Shown here one piece after another: positions 47,306-58,595 of a stretch of DNA of 64,000 bases; within the stretch, counting starts at the first letter, position 1, and each line of letters opens with the position of its first letter. The stretch lies in assembly GCA_044225365.1 (NCBI GenBank), contig JBGAIQ010000010.1, positions 32,001-96,000 of the forward strand, read 5' to 3'. The notes under the pieces were generated by a model. That model worked only from the letters and a program-made list of their open reading frames with translations, searched no databases and was not told the origin of the DNA. Position numbers and translations under genes: made by a program. The stretch comes from Planctomycetota bacterium. GTDB taxonomy: Bacteria > Planctomycetota > B15-G4 > JADJEK01.

Positions 47306-49120
47306 GTGAATCCGCGCTTGCGCATCGAAACAGGGACTCTTCGCGGTCGGGAATTCGAGCTGTCCCGCGCCTTCGTCGTCGGTCGGGCCCAGAGTTGTGA
47401 TCTCGTCCTCTCCGACGACTCCTGCTCGCGGCTCCACGCTCGCTTCACGCCCGAGGGCGATCGAGTGAAACTCGAGGACCTCGGGTCCACCAATGGAACG
47501 CTCGTCAACGGCGAACGCAAGGGCCTCCACATCCTCGAGGAGGGCGACCGTATCACGATCGGGGACACATCGTTCCTCTACCGTCGCGGCGAGTTCGACG
47601 CGACGAAGACCGTGATCCTCTCGAGCACCGTTCGCGACACCGCCACGATCGCGAGCGAACTCGCGCTCGATCCGAAGCCGAAGGATCTCGGCACCGAGAA
47701 CGAAGCACGATTGCTCGCGGCGTTCGTTCAGCTGCTCGACGCGACCCGCGGCGTGCCCGAGGTGCACGCGATCGGTCGCGCGATCTGCCAGGCCACGTCG
47801 GACCTGCTCGAGACGAGTCGAGCCTCCCTCCTCCTGTTTCGTCCGGGATCCGCGGATCCGCGCGACGCACTGCAAATGAGCATCCCGGACATGCGCTTCG
47901 ATCCTGCTCGACCGTGGGTCGGCCGCGCACTCCTGCGGCGCCGGGCGCTGCTCCTCGAGGACCAGGGCAAAGCCGCGAAGGGCTCCAAGAACTCGGTTCA
48001 CGGCCTCGTCATCCCGGCGTTCGAGCACGATCGGCCGATCGCGATGCTGTACGCGGATCGCCGCGGTCGCGAATTCAATCCGGCGGAGTTCGGCGTCGCG
48101 CTGCAGCTCTTCCAGGGCGGCATCGGCCTCCTGCAGACCGCGATCCTCCACGAACGGATCCGCGGCGAACTCGCGGAGCATCGCGCGCGCTCCGACGCCG
48201 AGCGCCGACTCGTCGGTCAAAGCGACGCCCACCGCGCGACGATCCAGTCGGTTCGGAGTTGGGCCGCGAAGGACGAGCAGGCGGTGCTGTTCATCGGCGA
48301 GACGGGCACCGGCAAGGAACTGCTCGCGCGCTTGCTTCACGATGCATCGCCGCGGCGCGAGGGTCCGTTCTACACCGTCAACTGTTCCGCGACTCCGGCG
48401 AACGTCCTCGAGATCGAGCTCTTCGGCTCGGTCGGATCACTCGACAGTCTCGATCGCGAGACCTCGCTCGAGCGCGCCTCTGGCGGCACTCTCTTCCTCG
48501 ACGAGATCGATGCACTCGACCTCCCGACGCAGGCGCGCCTCGCCGCCGTCCTGCGTTCGGGTCGCCTCTCACGCGAACCCGGTGGACGCGAAGTCAGTCT
48601 CAACGTCCGACTCGTCGCCGCCTCCGATCGCGACCTCGCGCAACTCGCGACCGACGGCTCGTTCCACGAAGAACTCCTCGCGCTGCTCGCGATGGCGACG
48701 ATCAAGATCCCGCCGCTCCGCGAACGGGCCGACGACATCCCGCTGTTCGCCGATCACTTCCTCAAGCTGCACTCCCGCCGGATGAATCGCCACGCGCGCC
48801 GGATCACGTCCGACGCCCTACGGATGCTCGCCGCGTATTCGTGGCCCGGCAACGTGCGCGAACTCTCGAACGTGATCGAGCGCGCCGTGATGCTCTGTCG
48901 CGACGACGAGATCGGTCCCGAGATCCTGCCCTTCACCGGCGATCAAGCCGTCACCGAACGCGAACTCTCACTCGATCACGTCGAGAAGATCGCGATCCTC
49001 CGCGCCCTGAATTTCGTGCAGGGCAAGAAAGGGCAAGCCGCGAAGGTCCTCGGGATCTCGTGGCCCACGCTCAACAAGAAGATCCACGACTACGGCATCG
49101 AAGTCCCCGAAAAGACCTAA
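47306..49120 (+). CDS. FHA-GAF-AAA+-HTH enhancer-binding-like regulator (degenerate sigma54 activator)
   Basis: FHA; Walker A GETGTGKE; 'GGTLFLDEID'; 'WPGNVREL.NVIERA'; Fis-type HTH 'AAKVLGISWPTLNKKI'. Confidence 0.92.
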   Translation: MNPRLRIETGTLRGREFELSRAFVVGRAQSCDLVLSDDSCSRLHARFTPEGDRVKLEDLGSTNGTLVNGERKGLHILEEGDRITIGDTSFLYRRGEFDATKTVILSSTVRDTATIASELALDPKPKDLGTENEARLLAAFVQLLDATRGVPEVHAIGRAICQATSDLLETSRASLLLFRPGSADPRDALQMSIPDMRFDPARPWVGRALLRRRALLLEDQGKAAKGSKNSVHGLVIPAFEHDRPIAMLYADRRGREFNPAEFGVALQLFQGGIGLLQTAILHERIRGELAEHRARSDAERRLVGQSDAHRATIQSVRSWAAKDEQAVLFIGETGTGKELLARLLHDASPRREGPFYTVNCSATPANVLEIELFGSVGSLDSLDRETSLERASGGTLFLDEIDALDLPTQARLAAVLRSGRLSREPGGREVSLNVRLVAASDRDLAQLATDGSFHEELLALLAMATIKIPPLRERADDIPLFADHFLKLHSRRMNRHARRITSDALRMLAAYSWPGNVRELSNVIERAVMLCRDDEIGPEILPFTGDQAVTERELSLDHVEKIAILRALNFVQGKKGQAAKVLGISWPTLNKKIHDYGIEVPEKT

Positions 49121-49127
49121 CAGCCCA

Positions 49128-50420
49128 GGACCGCCGGGCTTTGCCCGGCATCTTCTTCGTCCGCCTGGCCTTTTAGGGATTGCGCCACCGTGAATGGCGG
49201 ACCGCCGGGCTCTGCCCGGCATCTTCGGGAACGTACCACCGTGGATAGGACAGTACGTCGGGCGCGCACGGGGAGCTCCGTTCGACTCCGCGCGCGGAGG
49301 ACCGCGCATGCTGCGCGAACGGACTCCCCGATGCGCTTCTTTCCCTTCGAGGGGAAAGGTCATGGAGGCCCACTTTGAAATGGATCGAGGCACCTTGCTT
49401 TCCCCACGTGTCTTCGCGACGAACCTTATGGGGTAGGTAGGAACGCGGTCACCTTGCGCGCCCGTAGCACGGTCATCCTTGAAGGCGGCCCTTATAGCGG
49501 GGTCTACCCTTTCGTCGGCGTGAATAGGAATGCGTCGATCAGGGTCGGACCGCCGGGCTCTGCCCGGCATCTTCGGGAACGTACCACCGTGGATAGGACA
49601 GCACGTCGGGCGCGCACGGGGAGCTCCGTTCGACTCCGCGCGCGGAGGACCGCGCATGCTGCGCGAACGGACTCCCCGATGCGCTTCTTTCCTTTCGAGG
49701 GGAAGGGTCAGGGGCCCCACTTTGAAATGGATCGAGGCGCCTTGCCTGGAGTGCCGCGGACGGCACCCCAGCCAAGGCTTTCCCCACGTGTCTTCGCGAC
49801 GAACCTTATGGGGTAGGTAGGAACACGGTCACCTTGCGCGCCCGTAGCACGGCCATCTTTGAAGGCGGCCCGGATACCGGGATCTACCCTTTTGTCGGCG
49901 TGAATAGGAATGCGTCGATCAGGGTCGGACCGCCGGGCTCTGCCCGGCATCTTCGGACTTCGGGATCGTGCCACCGTGGGAAGGACAGCACGTCGGGCGC
50001 GCACGGGGAGCTCCGTTCGACTCCGCGCGCGGAGTACCGCGCATGCTGCGCGAACCCGATGTGCTTATGTCCTTTCGAGGGGGAGGGTCAGGGAGGCCCA
50101 CTTTGAAATGGATCGAGGCGCCTTGCCTGGAGTGCCGCGGACGGCACCCCAGCCAAGGCTTTCCCCACGTGTCTTCGCGACGAACCTTATCGGGTAGGTA
50201 GGAACACGGTCACCTTGCGCGCCCGTAGCACGGTCATCTTTGAACCCGGCCCAGTTAGCGGGGTCTACCCTTGCGTCGGATCGGACCGCCGGGCTCTGCC
50301 CGGCATCTTCGGACTTCGGGAACGTGCCACCGCGGGTAGGACAGTACGTCGGGCGCGCACGGGGAGATCGGTTGTTTCGAGGCGAACGGTTGTGCGGCCC
50401 GCTTTGAAATGGGTCGGGGC
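49128..50420. repeat. tandem array of ~350-380 bp structured units, each headed by a REP-like hairpin
   Basis: GGACCGCCGGGCT(C/T)TGCCCGGCATCTT at 49128, 49199, 49547, 49927, 50283; unit periods 348, 380, 356 bp; last unit truncated. Confidence 0.93.
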
Positions 50421-50440
50421 GCATTAGGATCGATTCCGCC

Positions 50441-51391
50441 ATGACCATCTCGAATTCGACCTTCGTCCACGACGCGTCCGCCCGCGGCCTGCTCCTCGTC
50501 TCCGGCAAGGACCGGGTCGATCTGCTCCAGCGCATCACGACGAACGATCTCAAGAGGCTCTCGCCCGGAACCGGGAATCTCTCCTGCTTCACGACCGCGA
50601 AGGGTCGCGTGATCGATCGATGCCGGATGCTCGTCGGCCAGGACGCGATCCTCGTCGTGACGAGCGCGGGGCGGAGTCCGGCCGTCGCGCAATGGATCGA
50701 TCGTTACGTGATCATCGAGGACGTGAAGGTTGCGGACCTGTCGGCCGCAGTGTTCCAGCTCGATGTCGTGGGCGAAGGAGCCCTCGCGATCGGCGCTCGC
50801 CTCGATTCGCGATTCGAGTCGCTCCCGCGCCATGGACACCTCCAGACGACGATCGGAGGCATCGATGGCGTCACGCTGATCCGAACCGAGGGCCTGCGGT
50901 CGAGCGACGCGTTGATGGTGATCGGTCCACGAGCGGCGAAGGATGCGGTGCTCGCGGCGATCGGCAGCGACGTTTCGATCCTCGACGACGCAAAGTTCGA
51001 AGCGTTTCGAATCGACGCCGGCGTCCCGACCTTCGGCCGCGACGTCACGGAGGACAACAACCCGCTCGAAGCAGGATTGTGGGACAGCGTGTCGTTCGAG
51101 AAGGGATGCTACGTCGGGCAGGAAGTGGTCGCGCGCCTGCGCAACTACGACAAGGTGATGAAGCAGCTCTGCCGGATCGAACTCCCTGCGGCCTTTCCGA
51201 CCGGTACCAAGCTCCTCTCCGACGGGCGCGAAGTCGGAGTGATCACCTCCGTCGCGGGCCCGCCCGATCTCGAGACGCACGTCGCTCTCGGATACGTTCA
51301 GCGACGCGTCGTCCAGAACGCTACGCCGATGGTCCTCGGAACCTCGGAATCCAAAGTCCTGGACGTGCGAGTCGTCAAGCTCGCACCGTGA
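50441..51391 (+). CDS. ygfZ: YgfZ/GcvT-family folate-binding protein
   Basis: 'VSGKDRVDLLQRITTND' and signature 'KGCYVGQEVVAR'. Confidence 0.9.
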   Translation: MTISNSTFVHDASARGLLLVSGKDRVDLLQRITTNDLKRLSPGTGNLSCFTTAKGRVIDRCRMLVGQDAILVVTSAGRSPAVAQWIDRYVIIEDVKVADLSAAVFQLDVVGEGALAIGARLDSRFESLPRHGHLQTTIGGIDGVTLIRTEGLRSSDALMVIGPRAAKDAVLAAIGSDVSILDDAKFEAFRIDAGVPTFGRDVTEDNNPLEAGLWDSVSFEKGCYVGQEVVARLRNYDKVMKQLCRIELPAAFPTGTKLLSDGREVGVITSVAGPPDLETHVALGYVQRRVVQNATPMVLGTSESKVLDVRVVKLAP

Positions 51392-51412
51392 GTCGCGGCA
51401 GCGCCAGGGGCC

Positions 51413-52096
51413 CTACCTTCGCACGACGAGCTGGAGCAGTTGCCCCGCGCAGCGAATCACGGGCGCCGCGAGAGCTTCGCGCTCCATGACACCGAACTCG
51501 CCCTCGCCGAAATAGAGCCCGTCGGAGACGAGGAACGAGAGGCGGATGTTGCCACGCTTCGGAGGCAGGAGTCGCTGCTTGTCCCACGGTCCGATCTGAT
51601 TCACGATCGGTCGTGATGCCGCGAGCAACTCGCGACCCTTCTCGACCACGTCCTTCGGGCCGTCCTCGAAGATCGAAACTCGCCCCGATTGATTGAGATA
51701 TCGGACGCGCCCGTCGCTGTAGGCCGCGAGGACATCGAGTCCCTGATCGAGTGGGACTTCGACGACGACGCCTTCGAGCTTCTTCTGCGGCACGGTTCGC
51801 CCGTGCGTTCGCAGCCAATGGTACGCGAGCAAGCGAACGCGACTCTCGGCCGTGGTGTCCTGCGTGATCGCGTCGATGGCGACGGGATCGGGCGACGCCG
51901 CGAACAGCGTCGACTGCCATTTCGGAACGTGACTCGCCGACTCCCCACGCGGCCGATACAGCTCGGGAAGGTCGCAGAACAGCATGTGATAGAGCAGGTT
52001 TACTTCGCCCTGGGCGTAGGGACCTTGAACATGGATCGGTGGCGGCGCCGCAGCGGTGCTTCCGAGACCGAGGCTCTTCTTCAGCTTGTCGAACAT
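51413..52096 (-). CDS. hypothetical protein
   Basis: 227-aa ORF with protein-like composition, ATG after a GGAAAGG RBS-like motif; no motif recognised. Confidence 0.75.
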   Translation of the reverse strand: MFDKLKKSLGLGSTAAAPPPIHVQGPYAQGEVNLLYHMLFCDLPELYRPRGESASHVPKWQSTLFAASPDPVAIDAITQDTTAESRVRLLAYHWLRTHGRTVPQKKLEGVVVEVPLDQGLDVLAAYSDGRVRYLNQSGRVSIFEDGPKDVVEKGRELLAASRPIVNQIGPWDKQRLLPPKRGNIRLSFLVSDGLYFGEGEFGVMEREALAAPVIRCAGQLLQLVVRR

Positions 52097-52121
52097 CGAT
52101 GCCGCCTTTCCACCGCGTGCG

Positions 52122-53704
<1,583 letters not shown>

Positions 53705-53708
<4 letters not shown>

Positions 53709-54688
53709 TTCTTGAGCGCCCGGTAGTGGTCGAGCAGGGACTGCATATCGGCGGGCAGCGGCGCTTCGAACTCGAGCGATTCGCCCGTCGCGGGATGCGT
53801 GAACTGGATGCGGTGAGCGTGGAGCGCGTGGCGCCCGATGAGGGGAGGCAACCCTTTCGCGGCGCGCTCGCGGCGCTCCTGTTCGGACTTCTGAGAGTAC
53901 TTCTTGCCGTACATCGGATCGGCGAACACGGGATGCCCGATGTGAGCGAGGTGGACGCGAATCTGATGCGTACGCCCGGTGAACGGCATCGCCTTCAAGT
54001 ACGTCACGTCGCCGAGCCGCTCGATGACCTCGTAGTACGTCGACGACGCCTTGCCGGCGGTCTCGTCGATGCGCATGCGGTCGTGGCGCATCGGATCGTC
54101 TCCGATCGGAAGGTCGATGTAATCGGAATCGAAGGGCACCGAACCGACGACGATCGCGCGGTACTCCTTCTTGACCCGCTTCTCCTTGAACTGCTCGACG
54201 AGCTTGGCGCGTGCATCGTTCGACTTCGCGACGATCATGATGCCGGAGGTGTTCGCATCGAGACGATGCACGATGCCGGGCCGCACCACGACGCCGACCT
54301 TCGCGATCTCCGGATTGCGATGGAGCAGCGCGTTCACGAGCGTGCCGCCCGGGCAGCTCGATCCCGGATGGACGACCATTCCCGCGGGCTTCCGAATCAG
54401 GAGGAGATGCTCGTCCTCGTACGCGACGTCGAGCGGGATCGGCTCAGGCTGCGGCGTCGCCTCCGATTGGGGATGGATCGTGCCGGCGATCACGTCGCCC
54501 GCCTTCACGCGATAGGCCGGCCTTACGCCCGATCCGTTCACCGTGAGCGTTCCGGAGACGACGAGGTCGGTGAGGAACGAGCGGGAGATGGCGGGGAAGA
54601 AGCGCTTCCCGAGGAAGCGATCGATCCGCACGCCGGCTTCGTCCTCGCCGACATGAATCTCGAGGCGATCGTCGCTTTCGTCCATCAT
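53705..54688 (-). CDS. RluA/RluD-family pseudouridine synthase
   Basis: S4 domain 'RIDRFL', 'KPAGMVVHP', catalytic 'VHRLDANTSG', 'TGRTHQIRVH', 'ALHA'. Confidence 0.95.
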
Positions 54689-54746
54689 CCGGCTCTCGTC
54701 AGGGCAGACGGCTGTCTGCCCGGTTTGCTTGCCATGGGAACGACTC

Positions 54747-54840
54747 GGGCGCACAGCCATGCGCCCCTACAAGGAAACGACGCAGGAACATACCCCCGCA
54801 CGCGGGATGCGAACGACGCGGGAACATGCCCGCGCACGCG
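54747..54840. repeat. GTAG-type REP hairpin plus a 36-bp-period direct repeat
   Basis: Minus strand GTAG-GGGCGCA-TGGCTG-TGCGCCC (54747-54770); AACGACGC(A/G)GGAACAT(A/G)CCC(C/G)..GCACGCG at 54776 and 54812. Confidence 0.65.
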
Positions 54841-54913
54841 TACATCCGAGCGCGCCGGGCACACCCAGCGAAGTTACCGTATGCGCGCGAAGGGCACACC
54901 GGCGGACGTTTCG

Positions 54914-57571
54914 TCAGCTCGACGGCAGGTCGCCCAGGTTCTTCTTCAGCGCCGCGAGTTCCGAGCGCAGTTCGTCGCGACGCTTCTCCTCGGAAGCGAT
55001 CACGTCGGCGGGCGCGCGCGAGCGGAAGATTTCGTTCGACAACTTGGCGTCGACGGCGTTCAACGCGCCTTCGATCTTGCCGATCTGTTTCTCGAGGTTC
55101 GCGCGCGCCTTGGCGAAATCGACGAGGCCGCGCAACGGGAAGTAGAGCTCGGTCGAACCGATTACCTCGATGTCGCTGTCGCCAGGTCGCGCGAGCTTCA
55201 CGCCGTGCGTCAGCGTCACCTTGGCGAGTTTCTCGACCCAGCTCGCGCAGTCCTTCAACATTGCTTCATGGCCGGGCGACGGGAGCGACGCCGTCACGTC
55301 GATCGTCTTGCCGGGCTCGATCGAGTTGCGCGCGCGCGCGTTGCGGATGCCACGCACGATCTCCTGCAGATACGCGACCTGAGAGTCGGCGACGTCGTCC
55401 TTGGGAAAGGCCGTGGCGTCGGGCCACGGCGCGACGATGAGCGCATCCTGCGCCGCGAGATCCGCGAACCAGTTCTGCTCGCGAATGTGCTTCCAGAGCT
55501 GCTCGGTCAGGAACGGCATCGAGGGATGCAGGAGATGCTGCAGATTGCGCAGCAACGTGGCCACCACGTAGCGGCACGCCTCCCGACTCTCCGCGGGCGC
55601 GGACTCCTCGAGGCGCGGCTTCGCGATCTCGAGGTACCAGTCACAGACGTCGTTCCACGTGAACGCGTAGAGCTCGCGGGCCGATTCGTTGAGGCGGAAA
55701 TTCGAGAGGCAATCCGTGACGTTCGAGATCGCCGCATGCAGGCGCGACAGGATCCAGCGGTCGGCGAGTTCGGTAAATCGCGCGGGCGCCTTCACGGGGC
55801 CTTCGCCGACCTTCATGATCGCGAAGCGAGCCGCGTTCCAGATCTTGTTCGCGAAGTTGCGGCCCTTCTCGATCTTCGTGGGCGACAGCTTCGTGTCCTG
55901 CCCCTCGACCGTGAGGTCGATGAGCGAGTAGCGCATCGCGTCGGCGCCGTAGTTGTCGATGAGTTCGATCGGGTCGATGCCGTTGCCGAGCGACTTCGAC
56001 ATCTTGCGGCCCTGCTCGTCGAGCACGGTCGAGTGGATGTTGACGTCGCGGAACGGGATCTGGCCGAGATTCTCGAGGCCCATCATCACCATGCGGGCGA
56101 CCCAGAAGAAGATGATGCCGCGGTCCGTCGACAGCGTATTCGTCGGATAGAAGAACTTCAGGTCCTCGGTCGCATCGGGCCAGCCCAGCGTCGAGAACGG
56201 CCACAGCGCCGAGCTGAACCAGGTGTCGAGCACGTCCTCGTCCTGCGTGAGCTGCGTGCTCGCGCACGTTCCGCAACGAGTCGGACGCTCTTCCTCCGCG
56301 GCGAACACGTGCCCCTGATCGCAGGTGAACACGGGGATGCGATGTCCCCACCACAACTGGCGGGAGATGCACCAGTCGCGCACCTCGACGAGCCATCGCT
56401 TGTAGATCGACGCCCAACGTTCGGGATGGAACCGCGGCTCGCCGCGCTCGAGCGCGAGGAGCGCCTGGTCGGCGAGCGGTCGCATCTTCACGAACCATTG
56501 CAGCGATTCGATCGGTTCCACGATCGTGTCGCAGCGATAGCACTGCCCCACCGCGTGGCGATGCGGCTCGATCTTGTCGACGAGGCCCTGTTCCGTGAGA
56601 TCCGCCACGATCTTCTTGCGCGCATCCTCGCGCTTCATGCCCTTGTACGGTCCCGCGTGCTCGTTCAGCACCGCGCGATCGTCCATGATGCGCAGCAGGC
56701 CGAGGGAGTGGCGCGCGCCGATCTCGAAATCGTTCGGATCGTGCGACGGCGTCACCTTCACCGCGCCCGTGCCGAACTCGCGCTCGACCGCATCGTCGTA
56801 CACGATCGGGATCTCGCGATGGAGCAACGGAAGCACGAGGCGTTTGCCCTTCAGATCGGCATACCGCGGATCGGCGGGATGGACCGCGACCGCGAGATCG
56901 CCGAGTATCGTCTCGGGGCGCGTCGTCGCCACGATGACGAAGCGGCCGGGCTCGCCCTTCACGGGATACTTGAGATGCCAGATGAAGCTGTCGCGCTCCG
57001 GCTTCTCGACCTCGTCCTCGGCGAGCGCCGTTTCACAACGCGGGCACCAGTTGATGATGCGTTTGCCGCGATAGACGAGGCCCTTCTCGAACAGTCGCTT
57101 GAAGTTCACGCGCACCGCGCGCGCGAGGCCGTCGTCGAGGGTGAAGCGCGTGCGCGACCAATCGCACGAGCAACCCATGCGCTTCAACTGCTCGAGGATG
57201 CGATTGCCGTAGTCGTTCTTCCAGGCCCACACTCGCTCGAGGAACTTCTCGCGACCGAGCTTGTGGCGCGAGCTGCCTTCCTTCTTGAGTTGCTTCTCCA
57301 CCACGTTCTGCGTCGCGATGCCGGCATGGTCGGTGCCGGGAAGCCACAGCGCGGCCTTCCCCCGCTTGCGTTCGAAGCGCGTGAGCACGTCCTGGATCGT
57401 GTTGTTGAGTCCATGCCCCATGTGGAGCGCGCCCGTGACGTTCGGCGGCGGAATGACGATCGTGTAGGGCTCCTTCGAAGGATCGACCTTCGCGCGGAAG
57501 GCATCCTTCGATTCCCAGAACTTGTAGATCGTCGACTCGACCGATTTGGGTTCGTAGCGCGATTCCATCAT
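54914..57571 (-). CDS. valS: valine--tRNA ligase
   Basis: 'PPPNVTGALHMGH', 'DHAGIATQ', 'DWCISRQLWWGHRIP', 'KMSKSLGN', C-terminal coiled-coil arm. Confidence 0.98.
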   Translation of the reverse strand: MMESRYEPKSVESTIYKFWESKDAFRAKVDPSKEPYTIVIPPPNVTGALHMGHGLNNTIQDVLTRFERKRGKAALWLPGTDHAGIATQNVVEKQLKKEGSSRHKLGREKFLERVWAWKNDYGNRILEQLKRMGCSCDWSRTRFTLDDGLARAVRVNFKRLFEKGLVYRGKRIINWCPRCETALAEDEVEKPERDSFIWHLKYPVKGEPGRFVIVATTRPETILGDLAVAVHPADPRYADLKGKRLVLPLLHREIPIVYDDAVEREFGTGAVKVTPSHDPNDFEIGARHSLGLLRIMDDRAVLNEHAGPYKGMKREDARKKIVADLTEQGLVDKIEPHRHAVGQCYRCDTIVEPIESLQWFVKMRPLADQALLALERGEPRFHPERWASIYKRWLVEVRDWCISRQLWWGHRIPVFTCDQGHVFAAEEERPTRCGTCASTQLTQDEDVLDTWFSSALWPFSTLGWPDATEDLKFFYPTNTLSTDRGIIFFWVARMVMMGLENLGQIPFRDVNIHSTVLDEQGRKMSKSLGNGIDPIELIDNYGADAMRYSLIDLTVEGQDTKLSPTKIEKGRNFANKIWNAARFAIMKVGEGPVKAPARFTELADRWILSRLHAAISNVTDCLSNFRLNESARELYAFTWNDVCDWYLEIAKPRLEESAPAESREACRYVVATLLRNLQHLLHPSMPFLTEQLWKHIREQNWFADLAAQDALIVAPWPDATAFPKDDVADSQVAYLQEIVRGIRNARARNSIEPGKTIDVTASLPSPGHEAMLKDCASWVEKLAKVTLTHGVKLARPGDSDIEVIGSTELYFPLRGLVDFAKARANLEKQIGKIEGALNAVDAKLSNEIFRSRAPADVIASEEKRRDELRSELAALKKNLGDLPSS

Positions 57572-57586
57572 GGGCTCACGTTTCCA

Positions 57587-57673
57587 GGGACCGCCGGGAC
57601 CGCCGGGACCGCCGGGACCGCCAGGCTCTGCCTGGCTGCATTTCAGAAATGCCGCGCTGGAGCGCGGCGGTCC
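57587..57673. repeat. (GGGACCGCC)x4 running into an inverted REP doublet
   Basis: 9-mer x4 at 57587-57622, continuing as GCCAGGC-TCT-GCCTGGC; minus strand GGACCGCCGCGCTCCAGCGCGGCAT at 57649-57673. Confidence 0.85.
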
Positions 57674-57706
57674 CGAGGATCTCGGAGCGATCGACAGCGA
57701 TCACGT

Positions 57707-58564
57707 TCAGGACGACTTCTCGATGGCCGCCGCTTCGGCCTCGTACTTCTTCGCCGCGGCGGCGTCGCCGAGATCGGCGCAGATCTTCGCGAGGTCCTTC
57801 ATCACCGGGACCGCCTGCTTCTTCGGGCGATGCGCTTCTTCCGCGATCTTCAGCATCTTCTCGAGCTGCTCGCGCGCGGACTTGTTGTCGCCCTTCTTCT
57901 GGTACGCGCTGCCGAGCGCGCGATACGAGCGCAGCATGCCGGTGTGACGGATCGAGCCGAAGATCTCGGCGCCCTTCTTGTGATGAGCGATGGCGCCGTC
58001 GAAGTCGTTCGCGCCGAAGGCGAGATCGCCGAGCGCCTGATGCGCCTGGGCCTCGCCCCACAGATCGCCGAGGGGCGCCGCGAGCTTCAGCGATTCGTCG
58101 TAGTGCTTCTTCGCTTCGTCGAGATTCTTCGCCTTCTGCGCCGACTGGCCGGCATGGAACTCTTCCTGGCCCTTGCGGAACTGCTTCTGCTGATCCGCGG
58201 TCCAGCCCTTCCACGCCTTCGCGTAGCGGCTGTAGCCATCGCCGCCGAGCGCCTTGTCGGCGCGCGCCGCGGCCTCGATCGCGGCGTCCAGCTCCGACTG
58301 CGGATTCGCGACCTTCTCGTTCCCCTCGGCCTTGCCCTCGACGTTCGCGAGCCACGTCTCGAGATGACCGTCGATCATCCCGATCACTTCGTAGGGGCGC
58401 TCCTTGAACAGCTTCTCGATCGCGGCGTCGTCCTTCTTGGCGAGCGCGGCGGCGTAGACCTGGTCCATGGAGATGCCGCTCTGGGCCGGCGCCGCACCTG
58501 CTTGCAAGGCGAGCGTCGACGGCGTGGCGAGAGCGAACGAAAGGGCGATGGATTCGAGAATCAT
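57707..58564 (-). CDS. exported TPR protein
   Basis: Start MILESIALSF after a GGAGG RBS; signal peptide; TPR helices. Confidence 0.8.
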   Translation of the reverse strand: MILESIALSFALATPSTLALQAGAAPAQSGISMDQVYAAALAKKDDAAIEKLFKERPYEVIGMIDGHLETWLANVEGKAEGNEKVANPQSELDAAIEAAARADKALGGDGYSRYAKAWKGWTADQQKQFRKGQEEFHAGQSAQKAKNLDEAKKHYDESLKLAAPLGDLWGEAQAHQALGDLAFGANDFDGAIAHHKKGAEIFGSIRHTGMLRSYRALGSAYQKKGDNKSAREQLEKMLKIAEEAHRPKKQAVPVMKDLAKICADLGDAAAAKKYEAEAAAIEKSS

Positions 58565-58595
58565 GGTTTCCTCCGGCGATTCGAAGCCGGGGAGT

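Noticed and set aside
49269-49330. tRNA (TTCGA motif inside a multibranch fold)
   Set aside because: TTCG lies in a stem rather than a T-loop; no 7-nt anticodon loop, D-arm or acceptor geometry.
48968-50592. Numerous short ORFs across the tandem array
   Set aside because: Indels between units change frame, and no frame is preserved across copies.
57570-57947. Collagen-like ORF (GPPGPPGPPG)
   Set aside because: Product of the GGGACCGCC tandem; the rest is antisense to the TPR gene.
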